From assembly GCF_009914755.1 (NCBI RefSeq), contig NC_060928.1: DNA of 64,000 bases; one strand, 5' to 3'. Position numbers and translations under genes: made by a program. The notes below the pieces were generated by a model, which was not told the DNA's origin, did not search any database, and saw only the letters and a program-made list of their open reading frames with translations. Origin of the DNA: the human T2T-CHM13v2.0 reference genome, Homo sapiens. Below are positions 50,456 through 64,000 of the stretch, piece after piece. Within the stretch, counting starts at the first letter, position 1, and the number at the start of each line of letters is the position of its first letter.

Positions 50456-51823
50456 TTGAATATTGAATAAGTTATCCATCCTTCTCTCCTGGTCCCTTTT
50501 GTCATCAGATAAATACATGTGGTGAGAATAAATCCCTGAGATAAATGGATCTGCCTCCTTCTCACAAGCTCTTGTGAGATGGAAAACTTTGGCATAATCA
50601 GCTGTGTTACAAAGCTCATCACTAGATGTAGGCATGGCTCCCCTATGACGTAACCACATTCAGTTTTTCTTTTTTAGAGGCAATAAAGGAGGGCTGATTA
50701 AGGAGCAATTGTTCTGGAGTCAGCCAAAAAGAAGACTTTATGAACCAGTAGAGTAATATTGCTCAAGGACTAACTTGGGGTACTCTTCATGCTGTTCTGC
50801 CCCAAGATAATCCTCATCTTCCCTCACAGTGTTATTCCTAGACAGTCATTAGGAAATAACATAAAGGTTAATTATTTACAAAGCTACTTTGGCAAATAGC
50901 AACAGGACTATCAGTAAAAAAAGTATTTTTATTTTTATTTATGTTAATTGTAGATTTGATCCTTTCAAAAAAAATAGGGTCCTTAATTCCTGGTGGCTCT
51001 GATCACAAAGACCCTCTTGTATTGAGTGTGATCCAATCTGTTTGACAAGGACAGTTCAACAGAGATCTGGAAGAGAAAACTGCTTGTTCTTCATTAGTTA
51101 GAAGCAAGAGATCAGCAAACAGGTATCAAGGCTGAGGAGATGCACAGAAGCTGGGGGTGCACGGGCGTGCTAGTTTGAAATGGCCTCAGACAACATTTGC
51201 TTCCTAATATTTAGACCACGGTGCACAGCATTTTTTGATGAATGGAAATAAAGAAAAAAATGAGGAAGGAAAGAAGGAAAAGGAACTCCACAAAATACCA
51301 AAACTATTGTGCTTCCTCACTGGTACCCAAATGTAAGTCAGGAGGTCTCCTGACACTTTGCCTTTTGATAAGGAACAGTCAGGGGTACTTTTTAACTTAA
51401 TATGCACCTAAAAGTTTTAGACTGATCATTTGGAGTGGGACTCACTTTTACTGAGTCCTCAGCCTTGTTTCTCTTATTGATAAGAATTTGCTGATGTAGT
51501 ATAAACCTTGAAATTTGCTAAGGAGAAAGTAGTTTTGAATGCAAAAAAATTCCAAAATATTATGAAATTTTGACAGTACAGTCCGATCTGGGGTGGGCTC
51601 CTGGCTGTTTGGACACATTTTCTAGGGAGGAGAGCATCTTTTCTTGGGAATGTGAGGATGGTTAGCACTCCAACCAGCAGCCAGGGACTAGGGCCTGGGG
51701 GACCTCCTCCAGCCATCATAAGATAATCCTCACCAGCTAAAAGAACCATGTCCCTGCCCGCCACTTCTTTGATTCTGCCTTTAGAAAAAAATCACTAATT
51801 AAAAAACCCATTGCATATAGCGC

Positions 51824-51960
51824 AGAAGTCCTCAAGCTTTCATATGTTATACTCACCTACAGTGTTTGTTAAATTGCAGAGTCTTGGACCCCACATTCTT
51901 GAGACCTGGGGTGGGACCTCAGATTCTGCAGTCTTACAAGCCTAACAGGTGTCAGAGCTA
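51824..51960. mobile_element. MER5-type element
   Basis: ctcaagcttt..tcacct..ttgttaaattgcaga..ggggtgggacc..ttacaagc. Confidence 0.55.
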
Positions 51961-52149
51961 TGAGCACCATGATCAGACAAACTCAGCTGTAGATGTGAAT
52001 GCAACATCCCTCTGAGACAAGGACTCATGGGCATTATTAACATGCAAGAGAAAATTTTAAGGAACACAGAGATGCAGAAGATCTTTAAGATCTTCTGAAA
52101 GTCTGATGTATTTTTGCTATTTCAACTGTATTCTCAACTATAGATGTGA

Positions 52150-52340
52150 TTTATTTGATATGCTACTTTGTGCTGGGCCCAGTATCAAGTCTTCACATGA
52201 TATCTCATTTAATCCTCACACTAATCCTATTTCACAGAAGAGGAAGCAGAAACCCAGAGAAATTATGAAATTTTCCCCAGGACTTGCAAGTGCTATGAGT
52301 TAGAGCCAGAGTGCAAGTCCCGGTGCCTGCAACCTCAAAA
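52150..52340 (-). mobile_element. MIR
   Basis: tatctcatttaatcctcaca..cctatttcacagaagaggaagcaga. Confidence 0.7.
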
Positions 52341-54464
52341 CCAAGCATATTCATGAGCTGCAAGAGAATCAATAGATGTTTCAACAAAAGCAAGGCCAGA
52401 CAAGACTTCCTCTTCCTTTTACCTGCATTTCAGGCCTCCAACATCTCTCAGAGTCAATGGCATTAACTTCAAAAGTGTTTCCTATTCTACTCCCTCGGAA
52501 GCTGATGTCACACGGAGACTTACTCCTGATTTTAATTAGGCTATTTAGATCTTATAAGCTTCTATCAATGTTAAAATAAAAAGTCCTGGAGGGGTCTATC
52601 TAGAAAGAGATTAAGCCACCTTTACAGAATGTCTTTTCTGGAACAGCTATTTCCATGTGGCCCAGAGAACTCATGGGTGATGATGCTCTTGGCCACTGAA
52701 AAAGCTCCAGACCCTGGTACAAACATCAGAGCACTGTTGCCCAGGAACCTTCCTTGAGAGGCAGAATTGTGATGCAAGCCATATATCACTGATGGACACA
52801 TAAAGTAAACCATCAGTGAAATGGAAAGCAAGAAAGCCATTTGTCCATTGATAGCCTAGGAACAATATACACATCATCTTTTTCGTTCTCAAAGGAAGAG
52901 ACTTACGGAGGTGTGGGCAGAGTTAGAGGAACCAGCAAAAAACACTGAGGACTCAGAGACTAGTGACAGGTGTGCTCTTACTAATCCTGGACCTGATGGG
53001 GCCAAGGGGAGGGGCCGGGGTTCTGGAGCTCGGTGGGGAAGGACACCTGCCCAGTGGGAGCTGTGTTAGAGGAGGGGCACAGAGACTGCCTGCACATCGT
53101 CTTCAAAGCAGCCCTTGCAGAAGGGGATGAGCAATCTATAAATAGTCTTTTTATTTCCAAAGATAAGATAGGCTAAAAGTGGCTGATCTGAAACATCCTT
53201 TTTTTCTTATGTTCAGTCCATTACAGGCCTTTGGTGTTTGAGTGAAACTATGGTTGAATATTTATCAAACCAAACATTTGAGCACTGCAAGCCCTCTATT
53301 CACCAATCACCTCTCCTTCAATTGTCTGTGCAGTATCCAGGATGCCTTAATTCAGGTCAATCTCTCAATTACCCCCAGTTATGAGCCCCTAGTTTGATGG
53401 AACCAGTTGAGGTGGGCCAGCATTTTGAAGAGTTGGCATCTCCCTATCCTTACTTCTTCACTGATTCTGGCTCAGGTTCTCTGCTTACCCAAACTAAACT
53501 TGACTTCACTTCTCATAATGAACTTCCTGTATTTCTGTCACGTTCACCCTCCAGCTCACAGCCTTGCTCCTGTCTCCATCTATGTTGTTATTAGGACCAG
53601 CCACTTCCCTCAGTGCATCCTGCACCCATACAATAGGATATGAGGCATGGCGGTGGGGGGGTCATATCACTGAGCTGAGCCAAGCAGGGTCTCTTCCCTG
53701 GAAACCTGAAATGCAGATGACTGAGTCTCCTCGTGGATGGTGTGAATTTGGGAGTTCTCCGTAGCTATATTTTTATATGAACCAGAAAAGCAGAGGATGA
53801 AAGGTTACAGAGAGGAAGAGAAGAGTGAAGCAGAAACAAAGAGAGGAACAATGGATATGAAACAGAGATGGAGAGAGGCTGAGGATGTTCAATCCCTAGT
53901 TCATTTGCTTCTAAGGCTCAGCAAAATTTCCCAACTTAACTTAGCTAGTCCCAATGGGTCTCTGTAGCTTGCATGTAAAACAGTTCTGTATATATGACTC
54001 ACCTGCTTTTCCTTCAAGCATTAGAGCAGAGGAATTGTCATGATAGATTAGATTCCCCATGTGGTTTTCCCAGCATTGTCTCAAAGACAGCCATCTGGGG
54101 AAAGCCATGGCATTTTCTTATAACATCCTCATTTGCCTTAGAGCTTGTATAACAACAACAATAAATATTTATGAAACATCTACTTACAACATTGACCTGA
54201 TTTACTGACGGTAAGACAGTTTAGTGAGAGGCGATGGCCTCAGGTCACACAGCTAGCAGGTAAGTGACTGCACCAGGATCCCAGAACTCTTTCTGATTCT
54301 CCTCTGTGTAGATCTAGCCTAATGGAAGGGTCATCCAGCTAGTGGTCTGCAAACTAATTTGGTAACCACAGTCACCCAGTTCCCACTTCCAGAACTGCTT
54401 AATCAGAGATCTGGAGTGGGGAATGTAGCAATGTATATTTTTAAATAAAGTTTTTAAGAGTTTA

Positions 54465-54804
<340 letters not shown>

Positions 54805-54835
54805 TTATCCTACAAATATTTACTAAGCATTCTTA

Positions 54836-55308
54836 CATCAGAATTAGGTTTGGCTACATATAACAATTAACACTAATCATGTGATTTAAACAGGTAGAGG
54901 TTTATTTTACCATGGGAAAGAAGTCAAGAAGTATGCCCCCTAGGCCTGGTATGATCATCAAAGACTCATACCCCTCTTAGAATGGTTCCTGTTAAGTAAG
55001 CTTACCTCGTGTTTACAACTGTGGCTGCTGCAGCTCCAGCCATTACATTCATGTTTTAGGCAGTAGGAAGGAGAAAGGAGCAAGGGGAAAAGGGTGTACT
55101 TTCTTTAAAGAGTAAGCCTCCTTCAATGTGTTTTCCAAGAAGCTCCACTCCATGTCTTCTGTTTGACCATTTCTATTGACAAGAGAGGCTGTAGATGTAG
55201 TTGTATAGCTGGGCACAACTGCTGAACCTGACAATATAGGGACTCCATTATTAAGGAAGAAAGGGAGCATGGACGTTAGGTGGGAAACTGGCAGCCTTTG
55301 CCACAGCC
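54836..55308 (-). mobile_element. Old MLT1 LTR nested in an L2 (L2 pieces about 54798-54835 and 55310-55590)
   Basis: tcagaattaggtttggctaca..tggctgctgcagctccagccattacat..; L2: cattcattt..aaatatttactaagca / gggatacagtgatgaa..acatttgagcagaa. Confidence 0.6.
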
Positions 55309-56199
55309 TGCTAGGTGCCAGTCACTGCCCTGGGGATACAGTGATGAAAAGGCGAGGCTGCTGCCCTCCTGGCACTTATGTTCCAGCAAGAAGACAGACA
55401 ATAAATAAGCACAAAATAAATAATAGAATTTCAGGTGGTGATGGGTAATGGTAGCAATTGTAAATAGGTTGAAAAAGGGGAGGGTCCCTCTGAGCAGGGG
55501 ACATTTGAGCAGAAACATGATTGATGCACGAGGTTGGGAACAAGCATTCTAGGAAAAGAGGATGTACCCACTAGGACCTTGGGGCAGATTGATGCAATGT
55601 GCACTCTAGTGGAGAACCACTGATCCAAACCTTTAAAACTCTTCTGTAGCCTGTTAAGATGGCTACAGAAATATAATCTGCGTCACATCAATGAAAAAAA
55701 CAATGTTCGTGACATTCCATTGGTGGTTTTATGTATTCATGAAATAAATGTTCTTATCAATATGGTAGTTATTGATACTTCAGGTTTTTATTATGAGCCT
55801 TGTTGGTGTGGTTATAACTCATAGATATCTCTTGTTCCATAAAAGAGTTGCACAGGATTTTTTTTAAATTAATGCTTATTATTAAAGTACATTAAATATC
55901 AGTATAATATGGATACTTCTAGTTGCATTTCAGTACTTTTCATCTTGTTTATATAATTTTGGATTCTTCCTTCTCTCTAAAAGTACTGTAAATGTATTTA
56001 TTTTTCAAGTTCAATTGAATTTAAATTTAAAGGTATCCATTTGTGTGTTTAACCTATATCATTTCTTGAGAAGCGATGTTTTCCCTAAGAATATTTGTCC
56101 TTGCTGGGTCTTTCTCTTACCTTGAGTGATGCCCTTCTGTTACTGTATTCTGGGGTCTGGCAAAGATTTTTATTGACATTATTCATATCATTTATGATT

Positions 56200-59100
56200 G
56201 TATTGATTTCAATAAACTTTCCATTTCAACCTTTGCCTTTATGTTGAAGTCATCATCTTTTTAAATCTCTTCATGTATGCCCTCCTCCCTCCCCTCATGC
56301 TATGGGTTTTTTCATTGCCCCCTCCAGTTCTGTGACATCTTTCTTGATGAAATAGGAATGCACACAGTCCTCGGTACGCACTCTATGCAGCAATCACATT
56401 GAATAGGCAAGACTATGGCATATAACCATGAACTAACGTTTTGCCTCCCACTGTCCCTTTAAATCTGCTATGTGGGTCTAGTTCTTCTCTTGTGTCTGGA
56501 TAAAAACTCAGGCAGGTTTTTTCTAGTCACAGCATTCTCCAATCAATAATTTAAAAATCCAGTCTCATGTAACAGATAATACTTTGGACTTGGTTCAATG
56601 TTGTTTTCCCTTCCTTTCCTGATCGTGACCTGTTGCGAGTGGAGTCTGGCAGCTGGGAGCAGGAATACACACTCACTTTCACTTTTCTTCACCTCGTGCT
56701 TCCCATCTCCCTCCTCCATCTCATTAACTGTGATTTCTGGCCCCTATTCAGCGGATCATAGGAAGGGAGAAAAGATAACATTGGCCAGAAAAGTTTTATC
56801 TTGCCTGGTACTATTGTGAGCTTGGTGTGGCCCTCTCTGGGCTTGGGAAGTGTTTAAAGCTGACTTGTTCTCATCTGTATCCTGTGGGGTTTTAGGACAT
56901 TCCCATCACCAGAGACCTTTCTCTTACCTGCAGTCCATTGACATGGGCGAGACACTCTTCTCCAGCTCATTGCACACTCTATCCCTGCTTCCTGGCATTT
57001 GGCATTATCTCTGTCTTATCTCTGCTGCTCTCTCTTCATCTCTCAGGCAGCCCTTTTGGATAAGACTATGGTCCACATCTGGCTCACGGAAAGCAACAGT
57101 GTATTTTTTTACACTGTGAGAGCAGGCCCCCAACACAGCCCCTTCTCCTTGGATTGTATGTCAGCAGATGGCCAGACCAACTCTTGCTCTTGAAATTTCT
57201 CAGCTAGGGGCTAGGCACAGTTTAATGTGTCCCTCAACTGCAGGGGACACAGACCATGCTTTCAGAGTGTTCCTATTGAAGGCTCTTCACTAATTTTAAC
57301 ACGAGGTACCAGCACTCTAGTCCTTACTCCAAGGACAGGATCAGAATCATAATATACATAGAGCATTCTCTAAAAATGTTCTCTCAACCTCCGCTTTCTC
57401 CTTTCTTGACTTCTGTAATCTCTTCTATGGGCTAGAGGTGGGTGGTCAGCTCAGGGTTGAAACTGGTTTTTCATCCCCCACCTCTTTTTAAAAAATGTTG
57501 TATTTTAACATAATTATGGGCTTATAGGAAGCTGCATTGCGAAGAAACATCCAGGGACATCCCATGCAATTTTCACCTCCAAGTTAACATCTTGCATAAC
57601 TGTAGAGCAGTATCAGAACCAGGAAACTGACATTGTTACAATCCACAGAGCTTATTCAGATTCCACAAGTTATGCATGCAGTCAATTGTGTGTGGTTTGC
57701 AAATCTGTGCAATTATTTCACACGTGTAGTTTCATGTAAACACCTCCACATTCAAGATACATAACTGTACCATCACCACAAGGACCTCACGCTACCGCTT
57801 TATAGCATACTCCCTTCTCCTCTCATCCCTAACCTGGCAATCACTGCTCTGTTCTCCATCTCTATAATTGTTATTTTATGGAATCATTCAGTATGTATCT
57901 TTTTGAGATTGTCAGCCATCTCCTTTTTCCAAGTCCCATAAAAAATAATGGTCTCATTTTGGAAGGTAACATCTATTGTTTTCGTGCGTCAGCCAAAGGG
58001 GAGGCAAGAAGAGTTCCATTTTAACATCCTGTTACAAATAGTTTTGTTCAAGTTTGGGACATATTTTCTATAATGTATCATTCTGATGGCTCAGCATTTC
58101 ATTCATTTAACAAATATTTATGGAGTGCCTGGCATTTTATTGTTTTGGATGCTACTGTCCTGTGTTAGGCTTAATGTTCTCAGGAGAGCAAATAATTCCC
58201 AGGGTCTTCTCCTGGCATTATAGGTCATTTCTAGGCTATTGTTCTACAACTGCTTATTCTTAAAGTGTTTTAACTTGAACTTGCCCTGAAGTTGAAATTT
58301 CTGTACCACTTTCTGTTGAGCCTTGAAAAGGCTCTCTCCTATTGACTTACCATTTCACTTAGAATATCTCGGGGTCATCTACCACTCTGAGAGTTTCACT
58401 GCACACCTAGTTCTTCAAATCTCTTAATAAAATTATTCACCAAAGATTGGCACCTCTTGACCTCTGAGAGATCTTACCTTTTACAAAGAAATGAGTCTTT
58501 TTTATTACCCAGTTTTCCTTGCTGAAATTTAATTATTTGTCCACTTCGAATAGTCTGTGACTCCTATGGTGATCCATTCATTCTTTACTCACCCATAATC
58601 AGGTTTTAGTGTAGACACTTGTCAAAGACATTTTCAAAGCCTGCAAAATGACTCACTCCCCTTACCCTGTGTACCCCCAAGGAACTTTGAAAATCAGACC
58701 TGATTCCTCCATGTAGAACCCATCCTGCGTTTGCCTCCATGGGTGTGTTGATTCAAACTTTCTGCAATTTTGTACTTTATTTAAAGATAAATTTGTACTT
58801 TATTCCAGCAGCCTGGCTGGTATGGAAGGGAGAAACTAACAGTTGGTTTCCCAGGGTCCCCTCTGGAAAAGCAGGCTGAGGCTTAACATTGGCAACCCGA
58901 CTGTCCTGCAGCACCGCAGCTGTTGCAACAACTGGTCTCACATCATAGTCGACAGTTCCACAGTTCTGCCCATGAATTCATTTGAAATTCCTAGGTGTAT
59001 CACATCCTATCTGGGTGATTTATTGATATCTGTTTTGTCAGAGAAGACTAGAACATTCTGTGCATCTACTATGATTTTATTGAATGCTCCAACCTGTCCA

Positions 59101-60150
59101 TTTCAAGGGCATGCATCTTCCTTGGTAAAGGGCAAGGCAAAGCATTAATGCATTGTCGCTTCTATCTTTTCTTTCATTCCTTTGTGCATTCCATGAATGC
59201 CCTCAGTTTTTTGTTTTTGTTTTTGACATTCTTTGGAGTTTCTTACAAGGTGCCCTTTAATAGATCATAGAATTTCAGAAGTAAAAGAAATGTTGAAACG
59301 TAGTTTGGTCCAAACACCCCATTCTAAAGATGAAAAAAGCTGAAGTTGAAAGAAGTTCTGTGACTTGATCTGACACATTGAATGGCTTCTGTTTCCATTT
59401 TGGTTGTGTGTGCTTATTTTTTTGATATTTCTGTTAATTTGAAATTTTGAATAACTTGGCTTTCCTTTTGGACCTTAAAATGTTGTCCTTTTGTAAGTCT
59501 CTGTGGTGCTACAAAGAGGCTATCTCATCAACGCTGTTGCCTGTCCACCTGGCTGCTGATCAGCTTGATTCTGCTATCCAGGATCCAGGGGATCCTAAGG
59601 TACCAAGCCTCTCTGCTCAACCCTGCCCAGTTCAGGAATCTCTCTGCCTTGACATTTGCTACAGCTTCTGCTTGTCGCCACCCTCTCACAGAGAACTTGT
59701 TTATTTCTCCACAGTTAAAAATTCCTGGTTACAATGTGTTCCTTTTATAAAAACGGTCTGCTTTCCAAAAGGCTGCTTTCTCAGAGCATTTCACTTTGCC
59801 ATCTCTGTCGGGGGATCTGAGCCGTGACATACGCAGGGTTGAAGTGGGATGGGATGAGATGGGAAGCCCTTGCATATCTTTCTGGAGGGTGTGAAGCCAG
59901 CCGGCTTCTTTTGACTCACCATCCTGCTGTCTTATTTTTACAGCGAAAAGGAGGCAAACGCCATCCTCCTTGCTTTCAGCCTTCGTTTTGAGCGCTGCAC
60001 ACCCATGAGTACCGCCAGGGGTTCCCATCCAGACCGCGTGGCTATTTCCACTCCCATGATGTCCACAGCGGCCTTTATCAGCCACCTGGGCACTGGAGCA
60101 GGGGCCTCCTGCTTTCTTATTCGGTCTCCCATCTAGTTGGTCTGTGCTAG
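56200..60150 (-). mobile_element. CR1/L3 LINE ORF2 fossil (endonuclease to RT), interrupted about 56500-58150
   Basis: Degenerate CR1 motifs in the correct order on the minus strand: INKSP..D.IHPR (about 59000-59025), F.NVFDK (about 58618-58640), NNFI..VDDPEIF equivalent to FADDTKLF (about 58362-58440), QEK.LG (about 58200), KKDVTELE (about 56325-56350). Confidence 0.7.
57490..57912 (-). mobile_element. L1M (MC/MD-like) 3' fragment
   Basis: taacatcttgcataactgtag..ccaggaaactgacattg..caagatacataactgt.ccatcaccaca..ctgttctccatctctataatt. Confidence 0.75.
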
Positions 60151-61639
60151 GGCTGGGAGTACCATGGGAATAAAAACCGAACATGTCATCCCTTTCCTCA
60201 AGGCTGTGGTTCCTGGTGCCCCCCTAGTTTCATGCAGGGTGTCTAAGGCAAGGTCAACATCCTCTTGGCACACAGCAAGACCTCAGTGAGCCTATGTTCG
60301 GTGCTCATCATTGGATATATTTCAGCAGGGTCTCTCTGCCTCCACTGTGGCCCCCTGGAATGGGTTTATTGTTCATGCAACAGCCAGAGAGGATGCCAAA
60401 AAATGCACATCCAGTCATGCCACTGCTCTGCCCAATGCCTTCCTCCCACACACAATGTCTCCCCCGTCACGTTACCCTGTGATAGAATGAATTCCTGTCC
60501 CCATTTTCATGATACTTGATAACTCGTACTCTGCCGCAGCCTCACCGTGGCCCTGGTGTATTTCCGGTCCCTTGATTTGACTTAGTCACATCATGTGCTT
60601 TGTCCTTGGGACGGCAGTAGCCCTCACGCCAGCAGATGCTTGTCATGAGCCTGTGCGGCTGGATTTACGCTCCTCATGTCTGCCACTGCCAGGACAAGAA
60701 CAAGAGCAGTTGCTCCTGCCTTTTGCATCTTGGGTCCCAGAATGAAACACGTGGAGGAGGCCTGTCCGGGCTGAGCCGATGATGTGCAGTGAGACGCTTG
60801 CTGCTGTGTGCCACTGAACATCTGTCGTTGCCATGCAGCAAGAGCTGATTGATGCAGAATCCAAAGCCTTACCTCGTGGTCCTGAGTGTCCTCTCTGACA
60901 GCATTTTTGTACACTCTCGCCCTCATGGATTGTGCTCCAGCAGTGTGTTCCTGCCCCAGGGTTTTGCCTTTGCTGTGTCTTCCACTTATAATTTTATTTC
61001 CTTCAACTACCTGTTTGGAGCTCTGGTAGTGATAATTGTGGTGAAGCAGGATAAGGGGCTAGTGAGTCCCGGCGGGGGCAGGAGGAGGCTGTTTTAGATG
61101 GGGTGGTCCGAGGAGGGGACATCTGAGCAGAGAACTCAAAGGGTGAGGGAGTGAGGGAGCAAGCCACACATATCAGTGGGGGCAGGGGGCCCGGGTGTGT
61201 TCCTTGCAAACAGTGTCTTCTAAGCACTCTATGGTTTTCTTCCTGCGTTAGTGGCTTATATGAAGGACCTGGAAACTCCTTTCTTCCCTCCTCATCCTAC
61301 CCATATCCTTCTCGTTGTGAATTGAGGCCAATCCCTTCCAGGTCCCTCGGCTTCCTAGGAGATTGAGGTCTGCCCCTGGCCTATGTTCCCAGGGTGCCCT
61401 GGCAGCTCTCCAGTTATTTGTTGGGGAGGACCATCTTGGGTTCATAGCCAGCTAAGAATAAAGAAGTTAGACTGGGAAAAATGATATTTAGGAAGAGTTT
61501 TAAAACTTATTCACTCTACCATTCTTCTAAGTATTCTGAACCTTCTTCTGGGTACAACCAGGTTGGTAGGGAGCTGATTACTTGGGTGTCATAGTAGCCT
61601 CCAATCCATTGCTGGAGTTGAGTGCTAATGCCCCGTATT

Positions 61640-61934
61640 ATTATTATTCAGAGACAGAGGCTTGCTCTGTCACCCAGGCTGGAGTGCAGTGGCTTGATCA
61701 TAGGTCACTGCAGCCTTGAACTCCTGGGCTCAATTGATCCTCTCATCTCAGCCTCCCAAGTATCTAGGACTACAGGCAGGCACCACCACGCCCAGCTAAT
61801 TTTTATTTTTATTTTGTGGAGATGGAGTCTCAATATGTTGTCCAGGCTGGTCTCGAACTTCTGGCCTCAAGCAATCCTCCTGACTCAGCCTCTGAAAGTG
61901 CTGGCATTATAGGTGTGAGCTACCTTGGCCAGCC
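61640..61934 (-). mobile_element. AluJ
   Basis: cactgcagccttgaactcctgggctcaa, ggcctcaagcaatcctcc; TSD about TGCCC(C/A)GTAT. Confidence 0.92.
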
Positions 61935-62011
61935 TGCCCAGTATAATTACACCACTGACCAGTACTAAGAGTTTGTATAAGACAGCCTAGCGAAATATCA
62001 CGTGGTCTAGA

Positions 62012-62482
<471 letters not shown>

Positions 62483-63615
62483 TCAATTCCTCATTTATGA
62501 CATTGCTTGGTGTCCTCTTTATTAGAACTTCACAGGTAAATTTTTGTTTTGTTAGTCCCAAGACAAATTGCTCTTCAGAGCATTTTATTTGCTTTGTTGC
62601 TCTTACGGACATTGCAAATTGTGTACAGTTTCTCTTTTCCAGTTGGCTGCTAAATCTATACTGTCTTCTACACTTAGTGTAGTGTTTTGTATGGAGCAGA
62701 AGAAAAATATTTGATGCATAAACAAAATGAATCCATTCCCTATATTATTAAAAATAAAAGACTCCTAAAGTCCTCAAATGGGGTGGTATGCTTGTTTCAG
62801 TGGCATCATGGTACCAGAGAAATTGAGGAGGCTTTTGCTTACCAGCAGGCCTGAGGATATAGCCCCCAGGAAGCACTGGTGCTGACTGAGGAAGAGGAGC
62901 AATGGCTTCAGTTCTTGGGGACCGAGGAAGAAGCCCAAAGCTCTCAGTGACTGGCTCTCACACACCTGGAAGCTCTGCACATTATACATTGACCCTGTGA
63001 ACTGCTCCCACGTGCCAGGTGGGACTTTTGTATGATCAGCTGGATAATGATGACATAGAGCCATGTGCAATGGGTGGGCCAAATGGACCTGCCCAGTTCC
63101 TGGTGCTGGGGCTGTGGCCATGTCTCCCTTTCTCCTCTATGCCACGAGGGGCCTTTGGACTGCCAGGCACTGGAACTCTTTTGCTACTTTCTAGAAGGGA
63201 GAATATTCCAGACCCCACCTCTCCTCCCAATCCACAGCCTCCCTCAGTGCTATTGCACCTTTTCTGTGCATGGTTACTGTGGGAGAAGGGAGGTAAGTCA
63301 AGCTGACTTGAGACTATTCAGCTCCTGGTGCTGCAGCAAGAGGGAAGTGATAGGCCATTGCTCCCCCTCCTGTTTGCAGGTATCAGCACCTTTCTGAGGA
63401 GGCTGAAGATATGGGGCTGGTGGTCATCTGCCCCTATCTCTCAGAGGTTTGGAGGAGAGAGGTTTGGCTGAACAAGGCATGATTGGCAGGCCTGTGCCGA
63501 CCTCCTCCGGCCCTGCAAACAGCGGTACTTCTCAAGTGCCGGTAAAGTCACTTACCTGTCTACTGGGTTTCTTGGACCACGCAGGGTCATACCCATAGAA
63601 ATCACAATTAGCAGA

Positions 63616-63692
63616 TGTATGTGTGTGTTTGTGTGCAGGCACACATATATGTATATATTTATTACATGTGTTTATATGTATGTGTGTGTATA
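63616..63692. repeat. TG/TA microsatellite
   Basis: Directly visible. Confidence 0.8.
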
Positions 63693-64000
63693 TTCCCCCA
63701 GTCCAAGAACTAAACTCCCTTTATGGCACACCAAAACACGGCTTTTCAGTAATTTTTATGTAGCAAATTAGAGAGTTGTCTGAAGTCAGGGGGTACTGTA
63801 ATTTGGAAGCTGGTCCTTCATCTAAACACGGCCCTGGGGGTTAATCAGCAGGTGCAGATAACTCGGCACCTTCCAGGATTTGGCGATCAATGGTAAAAAT
63901 GGACAAACACAGACATGTACTTCAACTTACCCCACCAGGAACACCGCATAGCCTCCTGGCCTCAGAGGCTAGCACCTGGAAACCACTTCTTGTTGTCTTC

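Noticed and set aside
59729-60184. 151-aa ORF as a host exon
   Set aside because: Non-ATG start; better explained as frameshifted CR1 endonuclease remnant or chance

Overview
Hominoid (very likely human) non-coding DNA, either intergenic or deep intronic. It is AT-rich and CpG-depleted, with no convincing host protein-coding exon. Most of the window is interspersed repeats (Alu, L1, L2, MIR, MaLR/ERV LTRs, Tigger/MER/Charlie DNA transposons), many nested with recognisable target-site duplications (TSDs). The centrepiece is a minus-strand HERV-H provirus (11994-17339) with LTR7, a tRNA-His primer binding site, gag/pro/pol remnants and an env/3'UTR remnant. It has only its 5' LTR: the other end stops on a CA inside the polypurine tract, yet the element is bounded by a perfect 5-bp TSD (AACAC). 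It also carries a long open ESRG-frame ORF. Other points of note are a long, very old CR1/L3 ORF2 fossil (about 56.2-60.15 kb), several templated-insertion or duplication scars, and a few unique segments with strong transcription-factor motifs. Repeat family names come from remembered consensus sequences and need RepeatMasker/Dfam confirmation. Boundaries of old repeats are approximate.
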